Origin: a virus
IMG/VR virus record: IMGVR_UViG_3300035034_001051
Length of the DNA stretch: 39,498 nt
Strand: one strand, 5' to 3'
The notes under the pieces were generated by a model, which was not told where the DNA came from, searched no databases, and saw only the letters and a program-made list of their open reading frames with translations. Below, piece after piece: positions 33,384-39,498 of the stretch. Position numbers and translations under genes: made by a program. The first letter of the stretch is position 1; each line of letters begins with the position of its first letter.

Positions 33384-34976
33384 TTATCCTTCTTGAGGTT
33401 GCTGAGTTTCTTGTTGAGCTTTAAGTAGAGCTGCCTGCTTAGCTGGGTCTGTTTGATTCTCAATACCCTTTTGAATAGCATTTGCTCCCTGGTTCTGCAT
33501 AGCTTGTTGCATCTGAGCTTGCTCTTGTTCTTGTCTAATCTGCTCTGTAGTTTTAACCAAATCGTTAGTGTCGATACCATTACCAGCACCAAGGCGCTTA
33601 ATGAGTTCTCCAACATCTAGGAATTGAGCTGTTTCAACACCAGCATTTTGGAGTTCAAGAACCTGTGAAACAAACCCACGTAGTCGGTTAAGGTCCTGGC
33701 CACGGCCAAGCGCGTCAAGTCCTGTAATAACAGAAATCTCTAGCTCAGGTGGTAACTCAAGGCCAATCTTCTGCTTCAGGCGAAACTCAAAGGCTTTAAC
33801 CAGAGGCATCTGGAATTCAAAGCTCAGGGTACTGAACATACCACCAAGGGCATTGTCCAACTCTTGAGCCATCATACGAACTTCTTCAGCTGTTACACGC
33901 TCAGCGTCCCTTTGGATGCTTGAAAGCAAAAGGAATCCTTGAGCAAGTCTCTGTTCCACAGCAGCATTTTGGGCTTGAACAACCGTGAAGTCACCACCCA
34001 GTTTTGCTTGAAGAGCCTCTATGTCACCTAGGCGTCCAGGGACTACAGAACCATTAGGGGCCCCATTAAGATCATCTACATCTGTCACTGATGATGGGTT
34101 CATGAGGAACAGAACTCGTGAGCTTGCAGCCGCCATGTCTAACAGTGATGCAGATAAGTTTTCACAAGCCCTTAGGTCTCCGATGAATTCCTCTGCGTAA
34201 GGACGTCCATAGTTTTCTCCAGTAATCTTTGCAATCCTAGGGGCAACCCAGGGTAGGGAGCCTTTAGGATACTCGGACTTAGAGTCAGGGATCATAGACT
34301 CATTGACTTCCTGGTGACTTGTAAAGCTACCATCTTCCTGACGTTTTACCCAGGTGTATACATCAATGTTCTTTTTCTTTTCACCGGTTACTGTGGTATT
34401 TTCTTCAACAAACTTCCGGGTCTTTGAGTCCAAAGTAGAAAGGTTCAAGGTTTCCTTTACAACAATCTGAAGGATATTTCCTGACTGGTCTCTCTCACAA
34501 ACAAAGTGGTCAAGTCTGAAGGTTTGAATGTTCATGTCTTCATCTACAAACAGCAGGGGGTTCCCGTCAATAAGTAGACTCATAAAGATTTCAGTAGCTT
34601 CTTTACGTAGATCGGATTTTTGCATCCACTGGTGAATAATACGTGTAATGTCTGAAAGTCTTTTCTCAACGTCACCTTTAGTAAGTCCCTCTGGTAGATC
34701 GTTTAAGATACTGTCATCTACAATGTAGTTAAAGAAAGGGGCATTTGAAGGTAACTGAGTTAACAGTAGACGTGAAGCCAGGTTACGTACACCTCGGGCA
34801 CCTACACTCTGATGAGGGTCTACCATTTCACCTCGGCTATGCTCTTGTTGGATTTCACCTGTATTGCCAACGAACATATAAGGTATTGTAAGCTCCGCGA
34901 TTTCACGGGCTCTTGATTCATAGCTATCACGATGAGTGCTTAGCCTTGCATAAACTTTACTAGCTGAAGTTACCAT
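33384..34976 (-). CDS. Portal (head-tail connector) protein (T7 gp8-like, 530 aa)
   Basis: Size (T7 gp8 is 536 aa), position before the scaffold, Q/E-rich C-terminus. Confidence 0.85.
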   Translation of the reverse strand: MVTSASKVYARLSTHRDSYESRAREIAELTIPYMFVGNTGEIQQEHSRGEMVDPHQSVGARGVRNLASRLLLTQLPSNAPFFNYIVDDSILNDLPEGLTKGDVEKRLSDITRIIHQWMQKSDLRKEATEIFMSLLIDGNPLLFVDEDMNIQTFRLDHFVCERDQSGNILQIVVKETLNLSTLDSKTRKFVEENTTVTGEKKKNIDVYTWVKRQEDGSFTSHQEVNESMIPDSKSEYPKGSLPWVAPRIAKITGENYGRPYAEEFIGDLRACENLSASLLDMAAASSRVLFLMNPSSVTDVDDLNGAPNGSVVPGRLGDIEALQAKLGGDFTVVQAQNAAVEQRLAQGFLLLSSIQRDAERVTAEEVRMMAQELDNALGGMFSTLSFEFQMPLVKAFEFRLKQKIGLELPPELEISVITGLDALGRGQDLNRLRGFVSQVLELQNAGVETAQFLDVGELIKRLGAGNGIDTNDLVKTTEQIRQEQEQAQMQQAMQNQGANAIQKGIENQTDPAKQAALLKAQQETQQPQEG

Positions 34977-35179
34977 TAGGCCTCCGAGGGTACAGTCATC
35001 ATGAGGCGCTCACGAGTTGACTTTTTCTTAAGTGATTGAATACCTTCGCCCTGGCCACGTAGCTGTTCACGTGCACCTTGACCAAGCATTAGTATGTTAG
35101 GAGGTAATACAGGGATAGCAGGCTGACGTGCACCTGGGTCTGTAGAACCACCTCCTCCTCCAAAGACTCCTACACACAT
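34976..35179 (-). CDS. Small Gly-rich protein beginning with Met-Cys (67 aa)
   Basis: MCVGVFGGGGGSTDPG... TAATG and ATGA overlaps with its neighbours. Lies immediately upstream of the portal gene. Confidence 0.55.
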   Translation of the reverse strand: MCVGVFGGGGGSTDPGARQPAIPVLPPNILMLGQGAREQLRGQGEGIQSLKKKSTRERLMMTVPSEA

Positions 35180-35361
35180 TAGGTAGTACCTCTGGTTGCT
35201 TTAGATTTAGTCTTTTTCTTTGGGGCTCTTGCAGGCATTGGACCTGTAGGACCTAAAAGCAGACTTTGAGACATAGGAGTATTAGTAGCCCCTGAACCAT
35301 TAACTGTTTTTAAACCTCCGGTAGGTCTGCTGACTTGTTTAAATAGATCTGCAAAACACAT
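35179..35361 (-). CDS. gp6.7-like small virion protein (60 aa) beginning with Met-Cys-Phe
   Basis: MCFADLFKQV... with a basic C-terminus KKKTKSKATRGTT. As I recall it, T7 gp6.7 begins MCFSPKIK and is also basic at its C-terminus. The start is at the internal ATG of track ORF 35179..35469. Confidence 0.5.
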   Translation of the reverse strand: MCFADLFKQVSRPTGGLKTVNGSGATNTPMSQSLLLGPTGPMPARAPKKKTKSKATRGTT

Positions 35362-35362
35362 A

Positions 35363-35536
35363 TTATTTCCTTTTACTGAGTTGTGACTTATGGATTCCCT
35401 CAAGATAATCAATGAGTTCCTTACGTCCTTGGGCCTTATGCAGGTCTTCAAGGGAGCTAATGAAGTCAATGTTCTCAGGGTGTGAGCGCTTTAAAGCGTC
35501 TATAAGTTCTTGTGACACATGAGGAAAATCTTTCAT
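35363..35536 (-). CDS. Small hypothetical protein (57 aa), not in the ORF track
   Basis: Hand translation: MKDFPHVSQELIDALKRSHPENIDFISSLEDLHKAQGRKELIDYLEGIHKSQLSKRK. ATGA overlap with the exonuclease stop. Its stop lies 1 nt before the next ATG. Confidence 0.55.
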   Translation of the reverse strand: MKDFPHVSQELIDALKRSHPENIDFISSLEDLHKAQGRKELIDYLEGIHKSQLSKRK

Positions 35537-36399
35537 GATTTAGGTTCCCATAGGATAGGTGTTTTGGTTTCAGAATTCCAGTCGTCTGTTCTCAGTATAC
35601 GCACAAGGCGTGCCATAGTCAAGGCGTAGGCTTCGTCAAGGTCTTTTTTCTTATACTGCTCAACGATCATAGACCACCAGTCACACTTGTCAGTTTTGTC
35701 TAAGAGCTTCTGGGCTGTCTTGTCGCCAAACCCTGGGCAACCTGGGATACCATCAGTCCTATCTCCAGTAAGACACTGAGTATAAAACTTATAGTCTGCC
35801 TCTTCATCTGTCACATAGTAAAGTTCTTTCTTATCCAAACCATAATGCCAGCCTGGGACAGTGTCAAGGTCCTTATCAATTGTGCAGATTACTTTGGTGT
35901 AACCTTTAAGATAACCTGGAGAAGTTGCTAGTATACCAAGGACATCATCAGCCTCAAGGCCGTCTATGAGAAAAGTATCATACTCCTCGTAGTATTTATT
36001 CCTGAGGTACTTCTTAAGGATAGGTCCGTAGGACTCTGGGTTATTCCTCTCGCACTTATAGGCAGGGAATACCTGATGCCTAAAGTTTGCTTCAGAGGAG
36101 AGGTTCATTACTACCTTGTCTGCCTGTAGTCTTGTCTTAAGGTAAAACATGTAGTCAGATGAGATAAGGTCAGCTTCTGATTCTCTTGCAAACCAGGACC
36201 AAACACCATCAGGCCATCTTACTTGCTTCTCTGAAGCTCGGCTAACCTTATGAACAATAACATCAGTGTCCACAAGGATAGCTACTGGACCATCAAGGAA
36301 AGGATTAGGCCCCTTCGAACTGTCCACCGGCGTATCCGTTGTTGCTATGATCTTTGAAGAGTCTACTGTAGATGTAGTCATAAGCGTGTTGCGCTCCAT
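35533..36399 (-). CDS. 5'-3' exonuclease (T7 gp6-like, FEN/PIN family, about 288 aa)
   Basis: AILVDTDVIVHK, GLEADDVLGILA, ICTIDKDLDTVPG and GDRTDGIPGCPGFGDKTA parallel T7 gp6 ILVMDGDWLV, LEGDDVMGVIA, SCDKDFKTIP and GDITDGYSGIAGWGD. The start is uncertain: ATG at 36399 or 36381. The track start at 36489 is unlikely. Confidence 0.85.
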   Translation of the reverse strand: MERNTLMTTSTVDSSKIIATTDTPVDSSKGPNPFLDGPVAILVDTDVIVHKVSRASEKQVRWPDGVWSWFARESEADLISSDYMFYLKTRLQADKVVMNLSSEANFRHQVFPAYKCERNNPESYGPILKKYLRNKYYEEYDTFLIDGLEADDVLGILATSPGYLKGYTKVICTIDKDLDTVPGWHYGLDKKELYYVTDEEADYKFYTQCLTGDRTDGIPGCPGFGDKTAQKLLDKTDKCDWWSMIVEQYKKKDLDEAYALTMARLVRILRTDDWNSETKTPILWEPKS

Positions 36400-36607
36400 T
36401 AATTGATTGTTGAATTTCGAACTGGTCAATCTTATTCTTCCATAGGAAGCATTCCTTTTGCTCACGCAACTCCCTCTGCCATCTCTCAACCTCTTGGAGG
36501 CCTAGCATATTAACTGGAATTTTATGAGCCTTTAACCAATTCTCTCCCTTCCACTGTGTCTCTTCTGTGAAGAAATCTACATATAGGGTATTACGGCGGC
36601 CTTCCAT
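36305..36607 (-). CDS. Hypothetical protein (100 aa)
   Basis: ATG start. Its 3' end overlaps the exonuclease start by about 77-95 nt out of frame. Confidence 0.55.
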   Translation of the reverse strand: MEGRRNTLYVDFFTEETQWKGENWLKAHKIPVNMLGLQEVERWQRELREQKECFLWKNKIDQFEIQQSINGAQHAYDYIYSRLFKDHSNNGYAGGQFEGA

Positions 36608-36616
36608 ATGTTCTCC

Positions 36617-36820
36617 TTATTTGTAAGCTTCTAGCTCTCGTGAGAACTGAGTTATAATGGTTCGTGCTTCCTCTGTATATCCCTTGTCAATCATGATAAG
36701 GGTTAGAGATGATGCACCTTTAGATTCAGCTTTGGCAATAGTTGCTTTGTGAGCCTTGCGTATTTGTGTAAGCTTCTTTGCTACGTCAAACATACGGTTG
36801 ATAACTTTATATACACTCAT
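36617..36820 (-). CDS. Hypothetical protein (67 aa)
   Basis: Internal ATG at 36820 (MSVYKVINRMFDV...), 1 nt after the zinc-ribbon gene stop. The longer track ORF to 36997 overlaps that gene completely. Confidence 0.5.
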   Translation of the reverse strand: MSVYKVINRMFDVAKKLTQIRKAHKATIAKAESKGASSLTLIMIDKGYTEEARTIITQFSRELEAYK

Positions 36821-36821
36821 T

Positions 36822-37007
36822 CTATTTTCTCTCTTTGTTGGATTGTCCATACCAGCCTTCCCCGGAGCCTTTAAAGCTGGGTCCTGACTTGAATATCTTT
36901 GAGACTTCAGAGTCACACTGAGTACACTGAGGCTTGTCTTGGTTAATCCCATGGAACTCTGAGAACTCATGGGAACATTGGGTACATCTATAATCATATG
37001 TAGGCAT
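36822..37007 (-). CDS. FmdB-type CxxC zinc-ribbon protein (61 aa)
   Basis: MPTYDYRCTQCSHEFSEF....PQCTQCDS matches the MP.YEYRC..CGH.FE....C..C signature of the FmdB zinc-ribbon family. GGAGG lies upstream of the ATG at 37007. Confidence 0.7.
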   Translation of the reverse strand: MPTYDYRCTQCSHEFSEFHGINQDKPQCTQCDSEVSKIFKSGPSFKGSGEGWYGQSNKERK

Positions 37008-37022
37008 TATACAGACCTCCAC

Positions 37023-37190
37023 TTAGTTGGAGTCACTGTAGGGAATACCTGTGGTTACTTTGTTAATACCTTCTTCCTTAAGGATTTCCTTAATGGCCTC
37101 TTTGCTTTGCTCTTTGGAGAGGTCATCAATACTGACCCCAGTTTTTGATTCAATCTTTTTAATCAAATCTGACATGTGTATTTCACTCAT
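37023..37190 (-). CDS. Small hypothetical protein (55 aa), not in the ORF track
   Basis: Hand translation: MSEIHMSDLIKKIESKTGVSIDDLSKEQSKEAIKEILKEEGINKVTTGIPYSDSN. GAGGAAAA lies 5 nt upstream of the ATG. Confidence 0.5.
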   Translation of the reverse strand: MSEIHMSDLIKKIESKTGVSIDDLSKEQSKEAIKEILKEEGINKVTTGIPYSDSN

Positions 37191-37215
37191 AGGTTTTCCT
37201 CGTGTCCATAGTTAA

Positions 37216-37800
37216 TTAAATCTCCACGTATTTGCAGATAAGCTCCCGTAGGCGCTCAATCTCTTTGAGTTGGTTCATGTTATTCTCATGAGCTTCCTCA
37301 AGTTCTTTCCATGGGTCAATATTTGAGACTAATACAGTAGGCTCTACAGAATCGTAGGCTTTAGAGAAGTCCAAAGGCTCACTGTAGATAGCTTGGGGAT
37401 ATACCCCTTCAGATTTAACCAAGTACTCAAGGTCCTCTTCATGGGCATAGGAATCCAAGGCTTGCTTGTACTTACCTAATGTAAACTCTGCGGTGTCAAG
37501 CCTCTCCTTAAGTTCAAGCCTTTCAGATTGTAGGTTTAGTATACTTGTGGAAGCTTCGTTAAGATGTGACTCCAGTCTATCAACAAGCTTATCCCTTGAA
37601 GTCATCCTACTAATAGTATTCTCATGTTCACATACATCTGTACGTAACCTAAGGCACTTATCTCTTAGCTGGTCACAATCGTTTTTGTACTCTTCTTCCA
37701 TGGACTCCATGGCTCCTACATAATGCTCGTAGTTCTGTACAATAACACGGTTGAAGTTATCAATCATCTGGTTTACTGTCTTTTCATTAACTGTATTCAT
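37216..37800 (-). CDS. Coiled-coil hypothetical protein (194 aa)
   Basis: ATG start, ATGA overlap with the upstream gene, heptad-like charged sequence. Confidence 0.6.
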   Translation of the reverse strand: MNTVNEKTVNQMIDNFNRVIVQNYEHYVGAMESMEEEYKNDCDQLRDKCLRLRTDVCEHENTISRMTSRDKLVDRLESHLNEASTSILNLQSERLELKERLDTAEFTLGKYKQALDSYAHEEDLEYLVKSEGVYPQAIYSEPLDFSKAYDSVEPTVLVSNIDPWKELEEAHENNMNQLKEIERLRELICKYVEI

Positions 37801-38249
37801 AGTTTTATCTCCGTTGTAATTACCAAAGCTGTGCCAAAAATCTTGAGGCTAGGCATAAGGTTATATTTAGTATAGGTTAGGCCAAGGTGACCATGAGGAC
37901 ATAAGGTTTGGCTTGTGCCAGTCCCACTGTAACACCCATGGTATCCATAGTTAAACCCTAGGCTGTAGTTAAACTCAAGGTACTTACCCACAGGGGTCCG
38001 CCAGGTTCTACTGACAAACAAAGTATCATGGTCATAGGAGTTCTTAAAGTACCCTGCTGTATAGCTTAGATACTCAAAGGCTACTAGGTTATGCTCTGAG
38101 TTTGTAGTGTCACCTGAGGTATAGTGCCATGAGTTTGCCCCAAGATGTACCCTGGTTTCTGCCCTAATGTCTTGATTGTAGAGGATGATTAGAATGAAGA
38201 GGCATATAGCATTCATTACCCAGAGGGCCTTGCTCTTTTCTCTAGTCAT
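37797..38249 (-). CDS. Signal-peptide protein with PagP-like (lipid A palmitoyltransferase) beta-barrel motifs (150 aa)
   Basis: N-terminal signal/anchor KALWVMNAICLFILIILY. The motif series ANSWH...FKNSYDHD...TWRTP...YSLGF parallels E. coli PagP AITWH(His33)...FKDS(Asp76-Ser77)WNKW...TWRP...LGLGF, as I recall that sequence. Alternating aromatic beta-strand pattern. Confidence 0.4.
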   Translation of the reverse strand: MTREKSKALWVMNAICLFILIILYNQDIRAETRVHLGANSWHYTSGDTTNSEHNLVAFEYLSYTAGYFKNSYDHDTLFVSRTWRTPVGKYLEFNYSLGFNYGYHGCYSGTGTSQTLCPHGHLGLTYTKYNLMPSLKIFGTALVITTEIKL

Positions 38250-38422
38250 TGTTGAGTGTCCTCTGGAAGGCCTGAGATACAGACATAAAGTGTTTGACTA
38301 TAGGTAGCCTCTGTAATCCCTGTTATCTCTCCATCATAGTTAAAACCATCAGGAGCCGTTAGGGATACTTCAGAATCCTCAGGGTATTCCTGTAGCTTTT
38401 CTATAAGTTCTTTAACTTTCAT
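38246..38422 (-). CDS. Small hypothetical protein (58 aa), not in the ORF track
   Basis: Hand translation: MKVKELIEKLQEYPEDSEVSLTAPDGFNYDGEITGITEATYSQTLYVCISGLPEDTQQ. TAATG overlap upstream and ATGA overlap downstream. Confidence 0.55.
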   Translation of the reverse strand: MKVKELIEKLQEYPEDSEVSLTAPDGFNYDGEITGITEATYSQTLYVCISGLPEDTQQ

Positions 38423-39039
38423 TATATTCCCCTCTGCAATTCCTTAAGGTATGCCACTTCTTCAGCAAGAGCTTTTGCAGCTTCTGATAATTGGCGGAGT
38501 AGGTTTGAAGATATTGAGTAGTTACCTTTCTCAGCGTATGTGTAAGCCTTTCCCATATAGTCAAGAAGTTCACTGCGCTTCCCTGCTATAGAGCTTCTCA
38601 TAGAAACTTCAAGCATTTCCTTCTGATGACGAAGCTCCATACGTGCTGTAACTTCAGGGCTAGGTGTGAACTTTACAGTAACCTCCTCACCGTAGTACCC
38701 ATTAGAAGTACCAAGCCACCGAAGCCATAAGGACCCTCTAGTAGTCTGTAGGTTATATAATGTCCATGTGAAAGACTCTCCACAGTATACACCATTTGAG
38801 TCGTTACCCTCACCCTCGTTAGTAGTGACTTCAGCGCTGAAGATTACAGAGTTCTCAAGGTCCTCAATGTCCCCCTCAAAGTCTACAAGAACTACTTCCT
38901 CGCAACAGTCCTGTTCGTGGTAGAACTCAACCGTACCTCCACAAGAAGTCTTGAAGGTTAACTTCTCGCTCTCCTTATGCAAGCCTTCAATCTTTACTAT
39001 ACGCAAGCCTATAAGTTCTTTTAGTGTTGTAGTTTCCAT
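38422..39039 (-). CDS. Hypothetical protein (205 aa) with an N-terminal QDCCE-motif domain
   Basis: ATG start directly downstream of DNA polymerase exon 2. Contains YHEQDCCEEVVLVDFEGDIEDL. No function recognised. Confidence 0.6.
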   Translation of the reverse strand: METTTLKELIGLRIVKIEGLHKESEKLTFKTSCGGTVEFYHEQDCCEEVVLVDFEGDIEDLENSVIFSAEVTTNEGEGNDSNGVYCGESFTWTLYNLQTTRGSLWLRWLGTSNGYYGEEVTVKFTPSPEVTARMELRHQKEMLEVSMRSSIAGKRSELLDYMGKAYTYAEKGNYSISSNLLRQLSEAAKALAEEVAYLKELQRGI

Positions 39040-39061
39040 TGTGTAATTACTCTAGTTAATG

Positions 39062-39217
39062 TTAGTGTGTGTCTGCCCAGGTAGATCCATAAGCACTTTC
39101 AGAAGCAATAGGTATCCTCATACCATAAGCCTCTCCAGCCTCAATAGAAGCTGCCTCAACGATAGCCTTGATAGGTTCAGGGTCTACGTCATTACGTACT
39201 GCAAGTTGGACTTCATC
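39062..39217 (-). CDS. T7-like DNA polymerase, exon 2 (51 codons plus stop)
   Basis: DEVQLAVRND...GMRIPIASESAYGSTWADTH parallels the T7 DNAP C-terminus HDEIQVGCRTEE...LLDTEGKMGPNWAICH. Joining it to exon 1 restores motif C as WVH-DE. Confidence 0.85.
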   Translation of the reverse strand, partial: DEVQLAVRNDVDPEPIKAIVEAASIEAGEAYGMRIPIASESAYGSTWADTH

Positions 39218-39371
39218 CTTACTGTTAACTTCCTGTGTCTCACCTTTAAATGAGTGTCGGACTATATCATCAACCACTAGGGTTGTCAGGTACTTCCACA
39301 ACTCTTCCATGAGTCATGTACTCGCTCTCGCGATAGTCTCTGCACGTTCCTTTTTCCATTCTCTTATCCAC
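39218..39371 (-). ncRNA. Group I intron in the DNA polymerase gene, 3' portion (intron nt 239-392) containing the catalytic-core R and S elements
   Basis: The minus strand reads GUGCAGAGACUA (39334..39345; classic R element GUUCAGAGACUA) and UGAUAUAGUCC (39259..39269; classic S element AAGAUAUAGUCC). GACUA/UAGUC form P7 with a bulged A. Hairpins CGC-GAGA-GCG and CAACC-CUAGU-GGUUG lie between them. The last intron nt is G (39218). Total length is 392 nt, which is not a multiple of 3. Confidence 0.8.
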
Positions 39372-39498
39372 CCACAAGCCGAACTGAAGGATACCTTAAA
39401 GATTTCACTTAAGTGAATACCTGTACATTGGTTTGTATACCAGTAGTCGTAGGCCTTAAGCTTTCTTTCAGAGTACCTTTCTTTGTTAGTCTTTATAG
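39372..39498. repeat. Second copy of the 127-bp contig-end overlap (= 1..127)
   Basis: Identical to 1..127. Confidence 0.95.

Noticed and set aside
1267-33616. Minus-strand alternative-frame ORFs nested in larger genes (1267..1470, 3544..3810, 5920..6180, 13416..13649, 16122..16328, 18718..18948, 22321..22554, 23347..23622, 26438..26692, 30532..30723, 31791..32063, 32807..33112, 33377..33616)
   Set aside because: They are fully embedded out of frame in well-supported genes, with biased composition and no independent start signals.
35362-35469. Full-length 96-aa ORF 35179..35469
   Set aside because: Its 5' third overlaps a better-supported 57-aa ORF (ATGA-coupled to the exonuclease). The internal ATG at 35361 gives an MCF... 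protein that resembles T7 gp6.7.
36821-37022. Long versions of ORFs 36617..36997 and 36822..37022 (the latter a GTG start)
   Set aside because: They overlap each other almost completely. The zinc-ribbon family signature begins at MPTYDYRC (ATG at 37007, GGAGG upstream), and the downstream gene restarts at the ATG at 36820.
39218-39310. N-terminal 31 residues (MEELWKYL...EVNSK) of track ORF 39062..39310 as a separate small gene or a split-polymerase subunit
   Set aside because: This segment covers the intron S element, the P9-like hairpin and the terminal G. Only the part from DEVQ onward resembles polymerase. A split-subunit model is kept only as the alternative that would refute the intron call.
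890-39416. All plus-strand ORFs in the track (e.g. 890..1081, 1214..1561, 2028..2222, 4781..4963, 7819..8109, 13001..13276, 19113..19517, 22800..23249, 25177..25536, 37466..37723, 39168..39416)
   Set aside because: Each lies antisense within a long, motif-supported minus-strand gene. They have low-complexity S/L/P-rich translations typical of shadow ORFs and lack RBS context. No plus-strand promoter or operon structure was seen.

Overview
This window is a near-complete, circularly permuted genome of a T7-like podophage (Autographiviridae-type). It has 39,371 unique bp plus an exact 127-bp contig-end overlap (1..127 = 39372..39498). Every credible gene is on the minus strand, in T7 order. Four small early genes come first (11235->9879), then the single-subunit RNA polymerase. 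The DNA-metabolism genes follow: SSB, endonuclease I, amidase, primase-helicase, DNA polymerase and 5'-3' exonuclease. Then come portal, scaffold, major capsid, tail tubular A/B, internal virion proteins gp13-16-like, tail fiber, small terminase, a lysis cassette and the large terminase. The 11236..12162 non-coding region should hold the physical genome ends, early sigma70-type promoters and repeat arrays. A phage-RNAP promoter family (minus-strand consensus TAATGGGGACCACGATTAGAGAAA) is readable at six sites. The main unusual observations: (1) the DNA polymerase gene is split at the WVH|DE motif by a 392-nt group I intron that spans the contig junction; (2) six consensus DnaA boxes sit in the two main control regions; (3) there are host-like auxiliary genes: a GroES/Cpn10-like protein, a minimal peptide deformylase between the putative spanin genes, and a signal-peptide protein with PagP-like motifs; (4) a second receptor-binding cassette lies between the small terminase and the lysis genes; (5) several translationally coupled ORFs under 60 aa are missing from the ORF track. 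No tRNA, CRISPR array, integrase or transposase was recognised. All homology statements come from reading motifs by eye and from recalled reference sequences, so they need database confirmation.
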